Positions 19,539 through 27,434 of a stretch of DNA of 47,505 nt are shown one piece after another. Each line of letters starts with the position of its first letter. Position 1 is the first letter of the stretch. Where the stretch lies: positions 1 through 47,505 of IMG/VR virus record IMGVR_UViG_3300036982_000361. One strand, given 5' to 3'. Both the position numbers and the translations under genes were made by a program. Origin of the DNA: a virus. Its lineage: Duplodnaviria > Caudoviricetes. The notes below the pieces were generated by a model that saw nothing but the letters and a program-made list of their open reading frames with translations, ran no database searches and had not been told where the DNA came from.

Positions 19539-20126
19539 TTATTCCAGAAGGTCAAGGAGTTCTTGACGTGTAAGTGTTTTAAGATCTTCAGAAGAGAACT
19601 CGGATGCCTTTCTTCGGCCTCGGTCGATTCGCTGGACGGTCTCTTGTGAATCAGCCGTTTTCATATCAGGAACTACCTTGTTGATAAGAAACTTCAACAG
19701 GTCCGCCTTGCCCCTGGCGTCAAGGGGGGTGCCGGTAAGATCCCCGGTCGCAATCGCACTCGCAGCTAACTGGAACAGGGCGCGCGCATCGATCGATGAC
19801 CGAGCAATTTCGACATTGTTAGACCGCTCAGCGAGGCTCCCGATTTTTTCAGGAGTCAGGATCAAGTCCTGCGTCTCCCCGTTGTCATAAGACCGCCCTT
19901 CCGCAAAGGCCCGTACCGCTTGTTGCAGTGAAGGTGTCAGCTTATCAAACAGGTTCAGCTCACACAGCTCCGCACACGCCTTCGAGTCAACCTGCCTCAG
20001 CTTCGAGACCGGCAAGTCCCAATCATAAACGTCCCGCCACCGTGGCCACGCATCCACGAAATTGCTCTCGGGATTGTGGGGCCATTTTTGCATGTCAGGC
20101 GGCGTACGTGCAGCAGCCTTAGCCAT
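19539..20126 (-). CDS. Putative terminase small subunit
   Basis: 195-aa helical protein upstream of terL; C-terminus LKFLINKVVPDMK...LKTLTRQELLDLL is TerS-like. Confidence 0.5.
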   Translation of the reverse strand: MAKAAARTPPDMQKWPHNPESNFVDAWPRWRDVYDWDLPVSKLRQVDSKACAELCELNLFDKLTPSLQQAVRAFAEGRSYDNGETQDLILTPEKIGSLAERSNNVEIARSSIDARALFQLAASAIATGDLTGTPLDARGKADLLKFLINKVVPDMKTADSQETVQRIDRGRRKASEFSSEDLKTLTRQELLDLLE

Positions 20127-20245
20127 TACTTCACGTATGCCTGGATGATCTTGGCAAACTCAGCCTTGATCTTGTCGTACTGATCGGCAGGTACGCGAAT
20201 GGTGAGTACCCGAGATGGCGTGTTGAATTTAAATGGATGGGGCAT
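20126..20245 (-). CDS. 39-aa ribbon-helix-helix-like DNA-binding protein
   Basis: MPHPFKFNTPSRVLTIRVPADQYDKIKAEFAKIIQAYVK; strand-helix pattern like Arc/CopG; not in ORF track. Confidence 0.55.
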   Translation of the reverse strand: MPHPFKFNTPSRVLTIRVPADQYDKIKAEFAKIIQAYVK

Positions 20246-20252
20246 GTCGTGT

Positions 20253-20280
20253 AGCGTATTCACTTAGGCCGTGTGGTCAA
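20253..20280 (-). promoter_or_regulatory. Putative promoter of the RHH gene, leaderless
   Basis: TTGACC-N16-TACGCT, 7 nt before ATG; TAAGTGAA in spacer. Confidence 0.6.
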
Positions 20281-20284
20281 TCAC

Positions 20285-20488
20285 TTATTCATCATAATCC
20301 ATCTCTCCGGTGTCGTGTTTACGTGAGCGTCGTTCGTGCTTTACCGTACGTGTTGTAGCCGTGGGCTTAGCCAAGTGCCAGTGCTGACAGATCGTGCAGC
20401 GATACGGCATCCGTGCCGAGGGAGCACGACTACAGATCTCCATGGCTTGTGCTGCGGTTAGTGCGTCTTTGTTACAGGGGCATTGCAT
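20285..20488 (-). CDS. Small zinc-binding protein
   Basis: PYRCTICQHWHL motif. Confidence 0.65.
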   Translation of the reverse strand: MQCPCNKDALTAAQAMEICSRAPSARMPYRCTICQHWHLAKPTATTRTVKHERRSRKHDTGEMDYDE

Positions 20489-20494
20489 GTGTGT

Positions 20495-20522
20495 GTTGTA
20501 TACGGTTATGTGGGGATGTCAA
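20495..20522 (-). promoter_or_regulatory. Putative promoter, leaderless
   Basis: TTGACA-N16-TACAAC, 6 nt before ATG 20488. Confidence 0.55.
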
Positions 20523-20785
20523 GTGTATACGCTACTTTTTGATTTTTGGTCCGTTTTTTACAAGCCCCTTGTAAAAGTGTAAAAGCGTAAAGAGGAGTAT
20601 CCCCCCATGCCACCCCTCCCCACCCCTCCACACCCCATCTAAGCCACGATCGCCATCGATGCCACACCTTATATAGGCTCAAGCGTAATAGTGTCTGTAA
20701 GCGGCTAGGATCGCAAGGAAGGGTAGCGGACAGGCCGTCGTCTACGGGAAGAATCGATTTGTGTGCCGAGATTTGGTTGCCATAA

Positions 20786-20803
20786 TAGCAAACTGTGTGC
20801 CGA
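20786..20803 (-). promoter_or_regulatory. Sigma54-like -24/-12 promoter element
   Basis: Minus strand CGGCAC-ACAGT-TTGCT (GG-N10-GC). Confidence 0.45.
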
Positions 20804-20810
20804 CATAGGG

Positions 20811-21251
20811 GACCGTTAGCCTTTTAGCGACCGTTAGTAAAGCGTTGCTAAGGGTTGATCGCGCATGTAAGTGTTTGTCATTAGCTAACTTATGATGTTC
20901 TATTAGTATCGTTTTATCCTTTAGTAAGCGTTATCCAGAAATAAATACAGCTATGACCGTAGTTGCTAAGAGAGAGTTAGAGATATATATATAATAAAGT
21001 AGTAGTAATAATTCAGATGATATATATATTATATATTATAAGTGTAAGTGTCTGTATTATAATGACTTATGATGTATGTATGGGTAAGTGTCAATATGTC
21101 TCCATCTCTTTATCCAGGGGAGTCTTACTAACGCATAACCGTATCCCCCCAGTACATCACAACGCCATAAGCTACAACGACTTACAAACACCCCAACCCT
21201 TAGCAAAGATCAAAATAACGGTCGCTAAAAGGCGATAAAAGGCTAACGGTC
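20811..21251. repeat. Long imperfect inverted repeat around an AT-rich core (candidate replication origin or packaging region)
   Basis: GACCGTTAGCCTTTTA, GCGACCGTTA, TTGCTAAGGGTTG and TGTAAGT..TGATGT blocks mirrored at 20811-20950 and 21100-21251; (TA)n core. Confidence 0.8.
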
Positions 21252-21399
21252 TACCGTCATTTTCATCGTTTTACACTCAACGCACGCCATAATACATTAG
21301 TCCATACATACCCATACCGCACATGTGCCTGCGATCAGCTAAGACTCGATCGTCATAAGTCGTTGTAAATAGAGCGCGCTAATCGCCTAAAGAATTTAA

Positions 21400-21427
21400 T
21401 TGTATACGTTACTTGGTTACATATAAT
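21400..21427 (+). promoter_or_regulatory. Putative early promoter
   Basis: TTGTAT-N16-TATAAT upstream of the first + strand gene. Confidence 0.65.
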
Positions 21428-21481
21428 AAGCGAGTCATCAGTACTGAACGCTGAACGACAAGCCCTAGAAAGGCCACGACC

Positions 21482-21802
21482 ATGAAGTACCCATCACACG
21501 AATGCCTACTGACTGCGGAGCTATGCCGCATCGATCACACCCTGACCAAGCCACCCGGATGCGCGCCCGTAGTCGCAACTCGCGTTTGCGCGCTTGCCCG
21601 GTCCTATCGCCGGCTCAATGAAGCCAGATGCAACCGTGAGCTAAGAGTTGCGGAACAACGCAAGATGCAATCCCTCCAAGAGCGGGCAGATGCGCTACTG
21701 CTGCCGTACGGCTTGCGTATGGGCCACCCGTGGGGCTTGTGCATGTACGCCTTGCCTATCGATGGCGCGGTGTCGTCATCCTCGGCTATGGTGATCGCAT
21801 GA
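21482..21802 (+). CDS. Hypothetical early protein
   Basis: GAAAGG SD; 106 aa. Confidence 0.7.
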   Translation: MKYPSHECLLTAELCRIDHTLTKPPGCAPVVATRVCALARSYRRLNEARCNRELRVAEQRKMQSLQERADALLLPYGLRMGHPWGLCMYALPIDGAVSSSSAMVIA

Positions 21803-22026
21803 ATAACGACTGCTTCCCCTACACCCTAGAAGACGCTGATGGCAACAAGCTGCACGTCTACCCACTCAAGGGTAAATACTGGCACGCCTGGCACGGCAAC
21901 ACCGTGATCCGATGCCATCACGAAAAACCTACACACGCAAACATGCACGTATTAGTAACTCCCACCTTTACCACGTCTCCCGTGCCGGTGCTCAGTTGCT
22001 GGGACATCGAAGACACGGTTCTATAA
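21799..22026 (+). CDS. Hypothetical protein
   Basis: ATGA-coupled start MNNDCF. Confidence 0.55.
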   Translation: MNNDCFPYTLEDADGNKLHVYPLKGKYWHAWHGNTVIRCHHEKPTHANMHVLVTPTFTTSPVPVLSCWDIEDTVL

Positions 22027-22038
22027 GGAAACACCACC

Positions 22039-22263
22039 ATGACGCCCATTCGCCAAGCCCTACGCACCGCTATCTGTATCTACGCTGGAGACGCCCATAA
22101 GCACTGGATCAAAGCGCAACGCCACGCGGAGCGGTCCTTCACGCACGCGGTCTCCGGGCGGCAGCTTGAACGCATCCTGGCTGAGACCCAATACCACACG
22201 CATCGCTCGCTCTATCACAAAAACGACATCAAGCTGAGCCGGGCACTGGAGATGATGAAATGA
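22039..22263 (+). CDS. Hypothetical protein
   Basis: TAAGGA SD. Confidence 0.6.
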   Translation: MTPIRQALRTAICIYAGDAHKHWIKAQRHAERSFTHAVSGRQLERILAETQYHTHRSLYHKNDIKLSRALEMMK

Positions 22264-22463
22264 TTCCCGTTTTTGTGAAACACACGACAAGCAAAACACT
22301 TAACAAATACGATACGGAGCTGTGGGACTCCGACACCCCGGAGGGTGAAGCCTTGCGCAAAGCGTGGCGGAAAGAAGCGCATTCCGTCTCAAAAGAACTC
22401 AACGGCACCCTCATTGAGCTATACAGCTACGACAACATCCTCCTCGACGCCATAACCTACTAA
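22260..22463 (+). CDS. Hypothetical protein
   Basis: ATGA-coupled. Confidence 0.65.
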   Translation: MIPVFVKHTTSKTLNKYDTELWDSDTPEGEALRKAWRKEAHSVSKELNGTLIELYSYDNILLDAITY

Positions 22464-22476
22464 AAGAGATACCACC

Positions 22477-22881
22477 ATGCTCGAATACGAAAATATCCGC
22501 ATCGAAGTCGCACACGCTCAGCGTTTAGCGGACCAACAAGCACATAAACCCATTCGTAAGATTACCATCAAAGACCTAGGCGGGATCATGCGGCATGCGG
22601 TAACAAACAATCCGCATTTCATCGATCACGTCAAAAAAGAGGAAAAACAAGTCGCAAGACGGCGTGAACTGGCCTCGCACATCGTGCAACTCTTGCGTGC
22701 GAATGGCCCCATGACCTCGACCCAACTGTGCGAAGCCACCCATTCCAGCAGTACGCTTATCGCACTCGCCGTGCGGAACCTGTCGAACGTGCGCTGGTTG
22801 ATTGGCGGACGCGAAAAAACTTACACCTTGCAAGGCTCTGATGATGGCGTATACACTAACTATGACGCGGAGAAACCATGA
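22477..22881 (+). CDS. Winged-HTH DNA-binding protein
   Basis: IVQLLRANGPMTSTQLCEATHSSSTLIALAVRNL. Confidence 0.65.
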   Translation: MLEYENIRIEVAHAQRLADQQAHKPIRKITIKDLGGIMRHAVTNNPHFIDHVKKEEKQVARRRELASHIVQLLRANGPMTSTQLCEATHSSSTLIALAVRNLSNVRWLIGGREKTYTLQGSDDGVYTNYDAEKP

Positions 22882-23084
22882 CACTCACTAACTGCCTTAG
22901 CTGTGCTCACTGTAGGGTTGAGTATGAGGAAGACTACTCAGACGTTACGCCAGGGGCAGGGCTAATACTTGCATGCTCTAAAAACAAGTGGTACGTTTCT
23001 GGGCATTCTGATTTAAAAAAGGACTTAAAGAACGCTACGGACATGGCAGAAACATGTTCCGACTACAAGGAAGAAAAACCATGA
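22878..23084 (+). CDS. Small Cys-rich hypothetical protein flanked by a 17-bp direct repeat
   Basis: CLSCAHC motif; ATGA-coupled at both ends. Confidence 0.65.
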   Translation: MTLTNCLSCAHCRVEYEEDYSDVTPGAGLILACSKNKWYVSGHSDLKKDLKNATDMAETCSDYKEEKP

Positions 23085-23392
23085 CACTCACTGACCCCAT
23101 CCACCCCAACTTCGAGAGCGAAGCTATTGAAGCCGAGCACATGCTTGCTGCCGAACGCGATGCTCGCGAGTATATGGCACATCACATTGCCGCCGTAGAA
23201 AACGTGATGTCGGGACTCTTCCACCGTCGCACATGGCGCGCCGTACTCCTCGACGAAGAAACCGCCATCGTAGACAGTGGCGCTTGGGGCACCTCTCGCA
23301 GCGCGGCCATGCAAGAGGCCGTCGAACTGTTCGACGACATGGAAGCACGCAAGGCCAAGGAAATATACGAACGGGAATACAAAAATGTTTGA
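23081..23392 (+). CDS. Hypothetical protein
   Basis: Start MTLTDPIH, ATGA-coupled. Confidence 0.65.
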   Translation: MTLTDPIHPNFESEAIEAEHMLAAERDAREYMAHHIAAVENVMSGLFHRRTWRAVLLDEETAIVDSGAWGTSRSAAMQEAVELFDDMEARKAKEIYEREYKNV

Positions 23393-23528
23393 CCAATCCG
23401 AGCTAGAACTCCTGGTTGAGCTTGCTGCTAACGTCCACGACATGGACACCACCGAACGCGAATCCTTCGCCTACGAACTACAATACTTAGGACTACACAA
23501 CGAAGTCCGCATGGAGTTATCCCAATGA
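23385..23528 (+). CDS. Hypothetical acidic 47-aa protein
   Basis: MFDQSELELL...; overlaps both neighbours. Confidence 0.55.
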   Translation: MFDQSELELLVELAANVHDMDTTERESFAYELQYLGLHNEVRMELSQ

Positions 23529-24298
23529 GCTTTCTCGCACAAGTCACTACCGGCAAGGTCAAGAAGCCGCCTATTATTGGCGTGCATGCCAAGCCCGGCA
23601 TGGGCAAATCAACGTGGGCATCACACGCACCTAAGCCCTTGTTCGTGCAGCTTGAAGAAGGTACTAACAGCCTCGACGTTGCGCGCACGCCACTGCTTAA
23701 GGATTGGTCTGATGTAGTCGCTACGATGGGCGCACTCATCACCGAAGAGCACGACTATAAAACCGTCGTTTTCGACACGATCGACATGCTCGAAATGTCC
23801 ATCTGGAAGTGCATCTGCGAACGCGAAAACGTCAAATCAATTGAACTTGCAAGCGGTGGCTACGGTAAAGGGTACAAATCGGCCCTAGAAGAGTATTGGA
23901 CCCGGTTCATCGAAGGATGTCGCGTTATGCGCGACAAGCGCAATATCGGCACCATCATGCTCTGTCACAGCGTTGACCGCGAAGTTACCTCTGCATCCGC
24001 AGAAACCTACCTGCGTAGCGAACCTAAACTGTTCGCTTCATCGTCAGGTAAAGTTGACGTTGCTGACTACCTGATCGGACAGTGTGATGCTTGGGGCTAC
24101 TTTGGCACCGACATCCGCACCGTTGACAGTGCCGACAAGGAACGAAAGCTGGCCAAGGGCGGCACTAACTTCGTCCAGCATTGGTACCCTGCCGCCGCAC
24201 ATCTCGCCAAGAATCGCTACGGCATCACTCAACCTATCACCCTTGACATCAACACCGGCTTCGCAGACTTCTGCGCGGCCATGAACCAGGAGCAATAA
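23525..24298 (+). CDS. Sak4-like ATPase / single-strand annealing recombinase (AAA_24)
   Basis: HAKPGMGKST Walker A; YKTVVFDTID; GGYGKGY; AKNRYG. Confidence 0.85.
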   Translation: MSFLAQVTTGKVKKPPIIGVHAKPGMGKSTWASHAPKPLFVQLEEGTNSLDVARTPLLKDWSDVVATMGALITEEHDYKTVVFDTIDMLEMSIWKCICERENVKSIELASGGYGKGYKSALEEYWTRFIEGCRVMRDKRNIGTIMLCHSVDREVTSASAETYLRSEPKLFASSSGKVDVADYLIGQCDAWGYFGTDIRTVDSADKERKLAKGGTNFVQHWYPAAAHLAKNRYGITQPITLDINTGFADFCAAMNQEQ

Positions 24299-24299
24299 C

Positions 24300-24761
24300 A
24301 TGGGCCTTCTCGACAACTACACACACAACCCCGACAACGCGGAAATGGGCGGCGATTACTCGCCAATCCCTGACGGCGAGTATACCTGGGTCATCAACGC
24401 CGCTGAGGATCACGTCTCAAAGACTGGAAATGCCTCGACTAAGTTTGAATTCGTCATTGAAAACGGCGAGTACGAAGGCCGCAAGTACTTCAAGTACCTG
24501 TCTTCAAAGCCGGAAAACCTCGCCAAGTCGCACGCCCAGCTCGATGCACTCTTGCTGCTGGTCGGTCCTAAGGGTTTCAATAACACCCTTGACTGGTTTG
24601 TCGGCAAGACCTTCAAGCAGCACATCACGGTAAAGAAGAATGCCGAAGGCAAACTTGAGAATCAGATGTGGCTTTCGGTAAAGAAGGGGAACGCGCCTGA
24701 AGTAGCTGCACCTGCTAAGCCTAGCACCCGTCCTGTTGCGGCTCCAGCCGCTTCGTGGTAA
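24300..24761 (+). CDS. Single-stranded DNA-binding protein (DUF669-like)
   Basis: DYSPIPDGEY...SKTGN...GEYEGRK; adjacent to Sak4; flexible tail ending in Trp. Confidence 0.8.
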   Translation: MGLLDNYTHNPDNAEMGGDYSPIPDGEYTWVINAAEDHVSKTGNASTKFEFVIENGEYEGRKYFKYLSSKPENLAKSHAQLDALLLLVGPKGFNNTLDWFVGKTFKQHITVKKNAEGKLENQMWLSVKKGNAPEVAAPAKPSTRPVAAPAASW

Positions 24762-24765
24762 TAAC

Positions 24766-24990
24766 GTGTCTAAAACACTAATTAAACTAAGTGCCGTGGG
24801 GTCGTGGCCAATCCTCGCTACTGTTTTGCTTGTCATCATAAAAACGGCAGGGATCGTAGATTGGTCGTGGTGGATTGTATTCGCCCCCGTGCTTGCAATG
24901 CTTATGCTAGTTAGTGCTGCGCTCGTTTTGGCGGCACTGTTGTTTTTTGCCGTAGTTCTTATCGAGAACCGGCCTCGTGGTAACCCCTAA
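24766..24990 (+). CDS. Small membrane protein
   Basis: IKTAGIVDWSWWIVFAP motif; two hydrophobic helices. Confidence 0.7.
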   Translation: MSKTLIKLSAVGSWPILATVLLVIIKTAGIVDWSWWIVFAPVLAMLMLVSAALVLAALLFFAVVLIENRPRGNP

Positions 24991-25012
24991 CAAAAGAAAG
25001 GAGAATAATACT

Positions 25013-25102
25013 ATGGCCAAGAAACCAACCATCGCCAAGCCCGTCAAGGAAGGCAAGGCCGTCAACCTGAAGCCGATGAAGCCCGGCAAGAAGAGCTGCT
25101 AA
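25013..25102 (+). CDS. 29-aa Lys/Pro-rich peptide
   Basis: AAAGGAG SD; MAKKPTIAKPVKEGKAVNLKPMKPGKKSC; strongly biased codons. Confidence 0.65.
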   Translation: MAKKPTIAKPVKEGKAVNLKPMKPGKKSC

Positions 25103-25187
25103 TCACATAGGCTTGAGATCCGTGGCAGCGGCTCCGCCCGTTTGCTAGAATGTTCTTCGCGTGGTCCCGGCGATACGGGGCATTTAT

Positions 25188-25279
25188 GGCGGGAAGTGGC
25201 AAGCTGCGAACATCGGCAGCAGGTAAAGCAAGTGGGTGATGCCACGCTAATGTTGGTTCGACTCCAGCCCCCGCCACCA
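25188..25279 (+). ncRNA. tRNA-like RNA with non-canonical interior
   Basis: Acceptor GGCGGGA/CCCCGCC-A-CCA; T-arm GTTGG-TTCGACT-CCAGC; no standard D or anticodon arm. Confidence 0.6.
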
Positions 25280-25376
25280 ATGCAAGACCTAAAAACCGCC
25301 GCCTACATCCTCTGGCACCTCCGCCACTTCGATCGGTTGCGAACCATCCTTCGACTACTTCTTGGAAGACTAAAAC

Positions 25377-26129
25377 ATGACCGACACTCCGCAATCTCTG
25401 CCCATCAAAATCAGAAACCGCTGGACCAATGATGTCCTGTACGCATCAACCAAGGCGACCACGGTTCGCGATGCGGTGATTGAGGCCGTTGCTAGTGGCG
25501 CCAACCTGATCGGCGCCAACCTGCGCGGCGTCACCCTGAGCGACGCCAATTTGAGCGGCGCCAACCTGATCGGCGCCAATCTGAACGGCGCCAATCTGCG
25601 CGTCGCCAATTTGAGCGACGCCAATTTGAGCGGCGCCAACCTGATCGGCGCCAACTTGATTGGCGCCAATCTGAGCGGCGCCAATCTGAACGGCGCCAAT
25701 TTGAGCGACGCCAATTTGAGCGGCGCCAACCTGATCGGCGCCAACTTGATCGGCGCCAATCTGAGCGGCGCCAATCTGCACGGCGCCAATCTGCGCGTCG
25801 CCATTCTGAACGGCGCCAATTTGAGCGACGCCAATTTGAGCGGCGCCAACCTGATCGGCGCCATTCTGAACGGCGCCAATCTGAACGGAGCAAAAAACAT
25901 CAGCGTTGCGCAACTTTCCTTCACCGGTCACGGCCAATGCGGGCGGACGCTTACCGCAATCCAGACCGAAAAAGAAATTCACATCCTTTGCGGCTGTTTC
26001 TCTGGATCGCCGGATGAACTGCGCGCATGGATTGCAGGCGACGAAAAGCGATTTGCTAAGACCAGGACGCTTGCCCTTGACACGGCGCTGATCCTGCTGG
26101 CTGCGAAGAATGACGAGGTGGGGGAATGA
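25377..26129 (+). CDS. Pentapeptide-repeat protein
   Basis: Long run of A(N/I)LxG/D repeats; C-terminal CGCFSGS domain typical of phage pentapeptide-repeat proteins. Confidence 0.9.
   Translation: MTDTPQSLPIKIRNRWTNDVLYASTKATTVRDAVIEAVASGANLIGANLRGVTLSDANLSGANLIGANLNGANLRVANLSDANLSGANLIGANLIGANLSGANLNGANLSDANLSGANLIGANLIGANLSGANLHGANLRVAILNGANLSDANLSGANLIGAILNGANLNGAKNISVAQLSFTGHGQCGRTLTAIQTEKEIHILCGCFSGSPDELRAWIAGDEKRFAKTRTLALDTALILLAAKNDEVGE
25497..25890 (+). repeat. 15-bp tandem repeat array (GGCGCCAAYYTGANC-like)
   Basis: Directly visible; encodes the pentapeptide repeats. Confidence 0.9.
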
Positions 26130-26365
26130 TCACAACCGAAGAACTCCGCTCCCTCGCATCATCAACCCACCCGCTGCATGGTGACCTTGTGCGGGTGTGC
26201 AATGCGTTGTTGGCTGAGCGGGCCAAGATGCATGGCCTTGTCGATAAGTGGGCATCAGAAGCCAATGAAATGATAAAAGCCAACCCCTCACTCGCCGTTA
26301 GAATCGCATTCAATAATCAGATCCTGGTCGCAAGAGAACTACATGAGGCATTGGAACAATCATGA
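26126..26365 (+). CDS. Hypothetical protein
   Basis: ATGA-coupled. Confidence 0.65.
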   Translation: MITTEELRSLASSTHPLHGDLVRVCNALLAERAKMHGLVDKWASEANEMIKANPSLAVRIAFNNQILVARELHEALEQS

Positions 26366-26748
26366 GTAACGAAACTCCCACCCCGACCGATCACGCGGAG
26401 TTGCGTTGGCTCGCTGAGAAGTGGCGCTTATCTGTTGATCAAGCATATGGGAGGCTGCTGTCAGAGTACATGCAGGGACACACACAGGCGGAAACCGACT
26501 GCGCTAACGAGCTTGATTTACTCTTATCGCCAGCCTTCGAAGAGCTGGACCGGCTGCGGGCTGAACTGGCCGAGATGACGCGCAGAATGATAAATCTGGC
26601 CGAACGGAAGGCAGCCGTCGCGCAAATGGTGGAGGCGCTGGAAGAAGCAAGGCACTATGTAGCAGTCTATGGTAACGGTGGCCGTCCAAATGAACTACTG
26701 GATCAGATGAGAGATGCACTTGATGCGGTGAAGGGGATACAGAGATGA
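26362..26748 (+). CDS. Hypothetical coiled-coil protein
   Basis: ATGA-coupled. Confidence 0.65.
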   Translation: MSNETPTPTDHAELRWLAEKWRLSVDQAYGRLLSEYMQGHTQAETDCANELDLLLSPAFEELDRLRAELAEMTRRMINLAERKAAVAQMVEALEEARHYVAVYGNGGRPNELLDQMRDALDAVKGIQR

Positions 26749-27053
26749 CCGAACAACTCAAGCCCTGCCCCTGCTGCGGAGCCCCAGCCATATGGACAGA
26801 GACGAGTCTACCAGACAGCTACAGCGACCACGATATCATAGCCTGCACTTCGTGCGGGCTGATGAACGACAGGAACAACGCGGAAGAATGGAACATCCGC
26901 CACACGCCTGCCCCGGTGGTCGATGTCACGGATGAGATGGTGGAGCGAGCACTCAATGTCTGGTGCATGCGCGAAACCATGTCCCCGTCAGTCGCCGCAA
27001 TCCGCATTCGCATGCGCGCCGCCCTTCTCGCTGCGATTGGGGGGAAGTCATGA
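26745..27053 (+). CDS. Lar-like restriction alleviation zinc-ribbon protein
   Basis: LKPCPCCG...IACTSCG...EEWNIR. Confidence 0.7.
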   Translation: MTEQLKPCPCCGAPAIWTETSLPDSYSDHDIIACTSCGLMNDRNNAEEWNIRHTPAPVVDVTDEMVERALNVWCMRETMSPSVAAIRIRMRAALLAAIGGKS

Positions 27054-27262
27054 TCCCCCCATTCCCCATAAGTCCTGAATCCATCATGAAGCCAATTAAT
27101 GCGCCTGACAAGGTCATCTGCATCAGCTTGGAGTTGTTGGAGGCGTATGTCTTTCTGTTTAGGACGGCGCAATTAATTACATGGGGCTCTTCTATGGATG
27201 ACTTTGATGAGCTAAATGATGCCGTTGCTACAGTGATCAAGGCGGGCGGTTCTAATGAATAG
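27050..27262 (+). CDS. Hypothetical protein
   Basis: ATGA-coupled start MIPPFPIS. Confidence 0.5.
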   Translation: MIPPFPISPESIMKPINAPDKVICISLELLEAYVFLFRTAQLITWGSSMDDFDELNDAVATVIKAGGSNE

Positions 27263-27434
27263 CTGCATCCGTTGCAGATCATACGCAATAAACCCGGCTA
27301 TTCATGGTCGCACAAAAGGTGCTGATTTGGATTTGTGCGACGTTTGCTATTGGCGGAAGCGGGCGGAAGAGGCGCGGTCCATTATGTTGTGTGGGGCGAT
27401 TGCGGATATGGAGAAGAATGAGGATAAAAAATGA
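27255..27434 (+). CDS. 59-aa zinc-finger protein
   Basis: MNSCIRCRSYAIN...DLCDVCYWRKRAE; not in ORF track. Confidence 0.65.
   Translation: MNSCIRCRSYAINPAIHGRTKGADLDLCDVCYWRKRAEEARSIMLCGAIADMEKNEDKK

Noticed and set aside
21017-21238. 73-aa ORF in the control region
   Set aside because: It runs through (TA)n and inverted-repeat sequence, has no SD and has atypical composition
25188-25279. Canonical tRNA-Met (CAT in a loop) or an attP tRNA fragment
   Set aside because: CAT lies in an 8-nt loop without U33 and at the wrong position; both acceptor strands are present and there is no integrase
25497-25890. CRISPR array, and the antisense/alternative-frame repeat ORFs (25370..25924, 25446..25982, 25531..25893)
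   Set aside because: There are no unique spacers; these are shadows of the coding pentapeptide repeat
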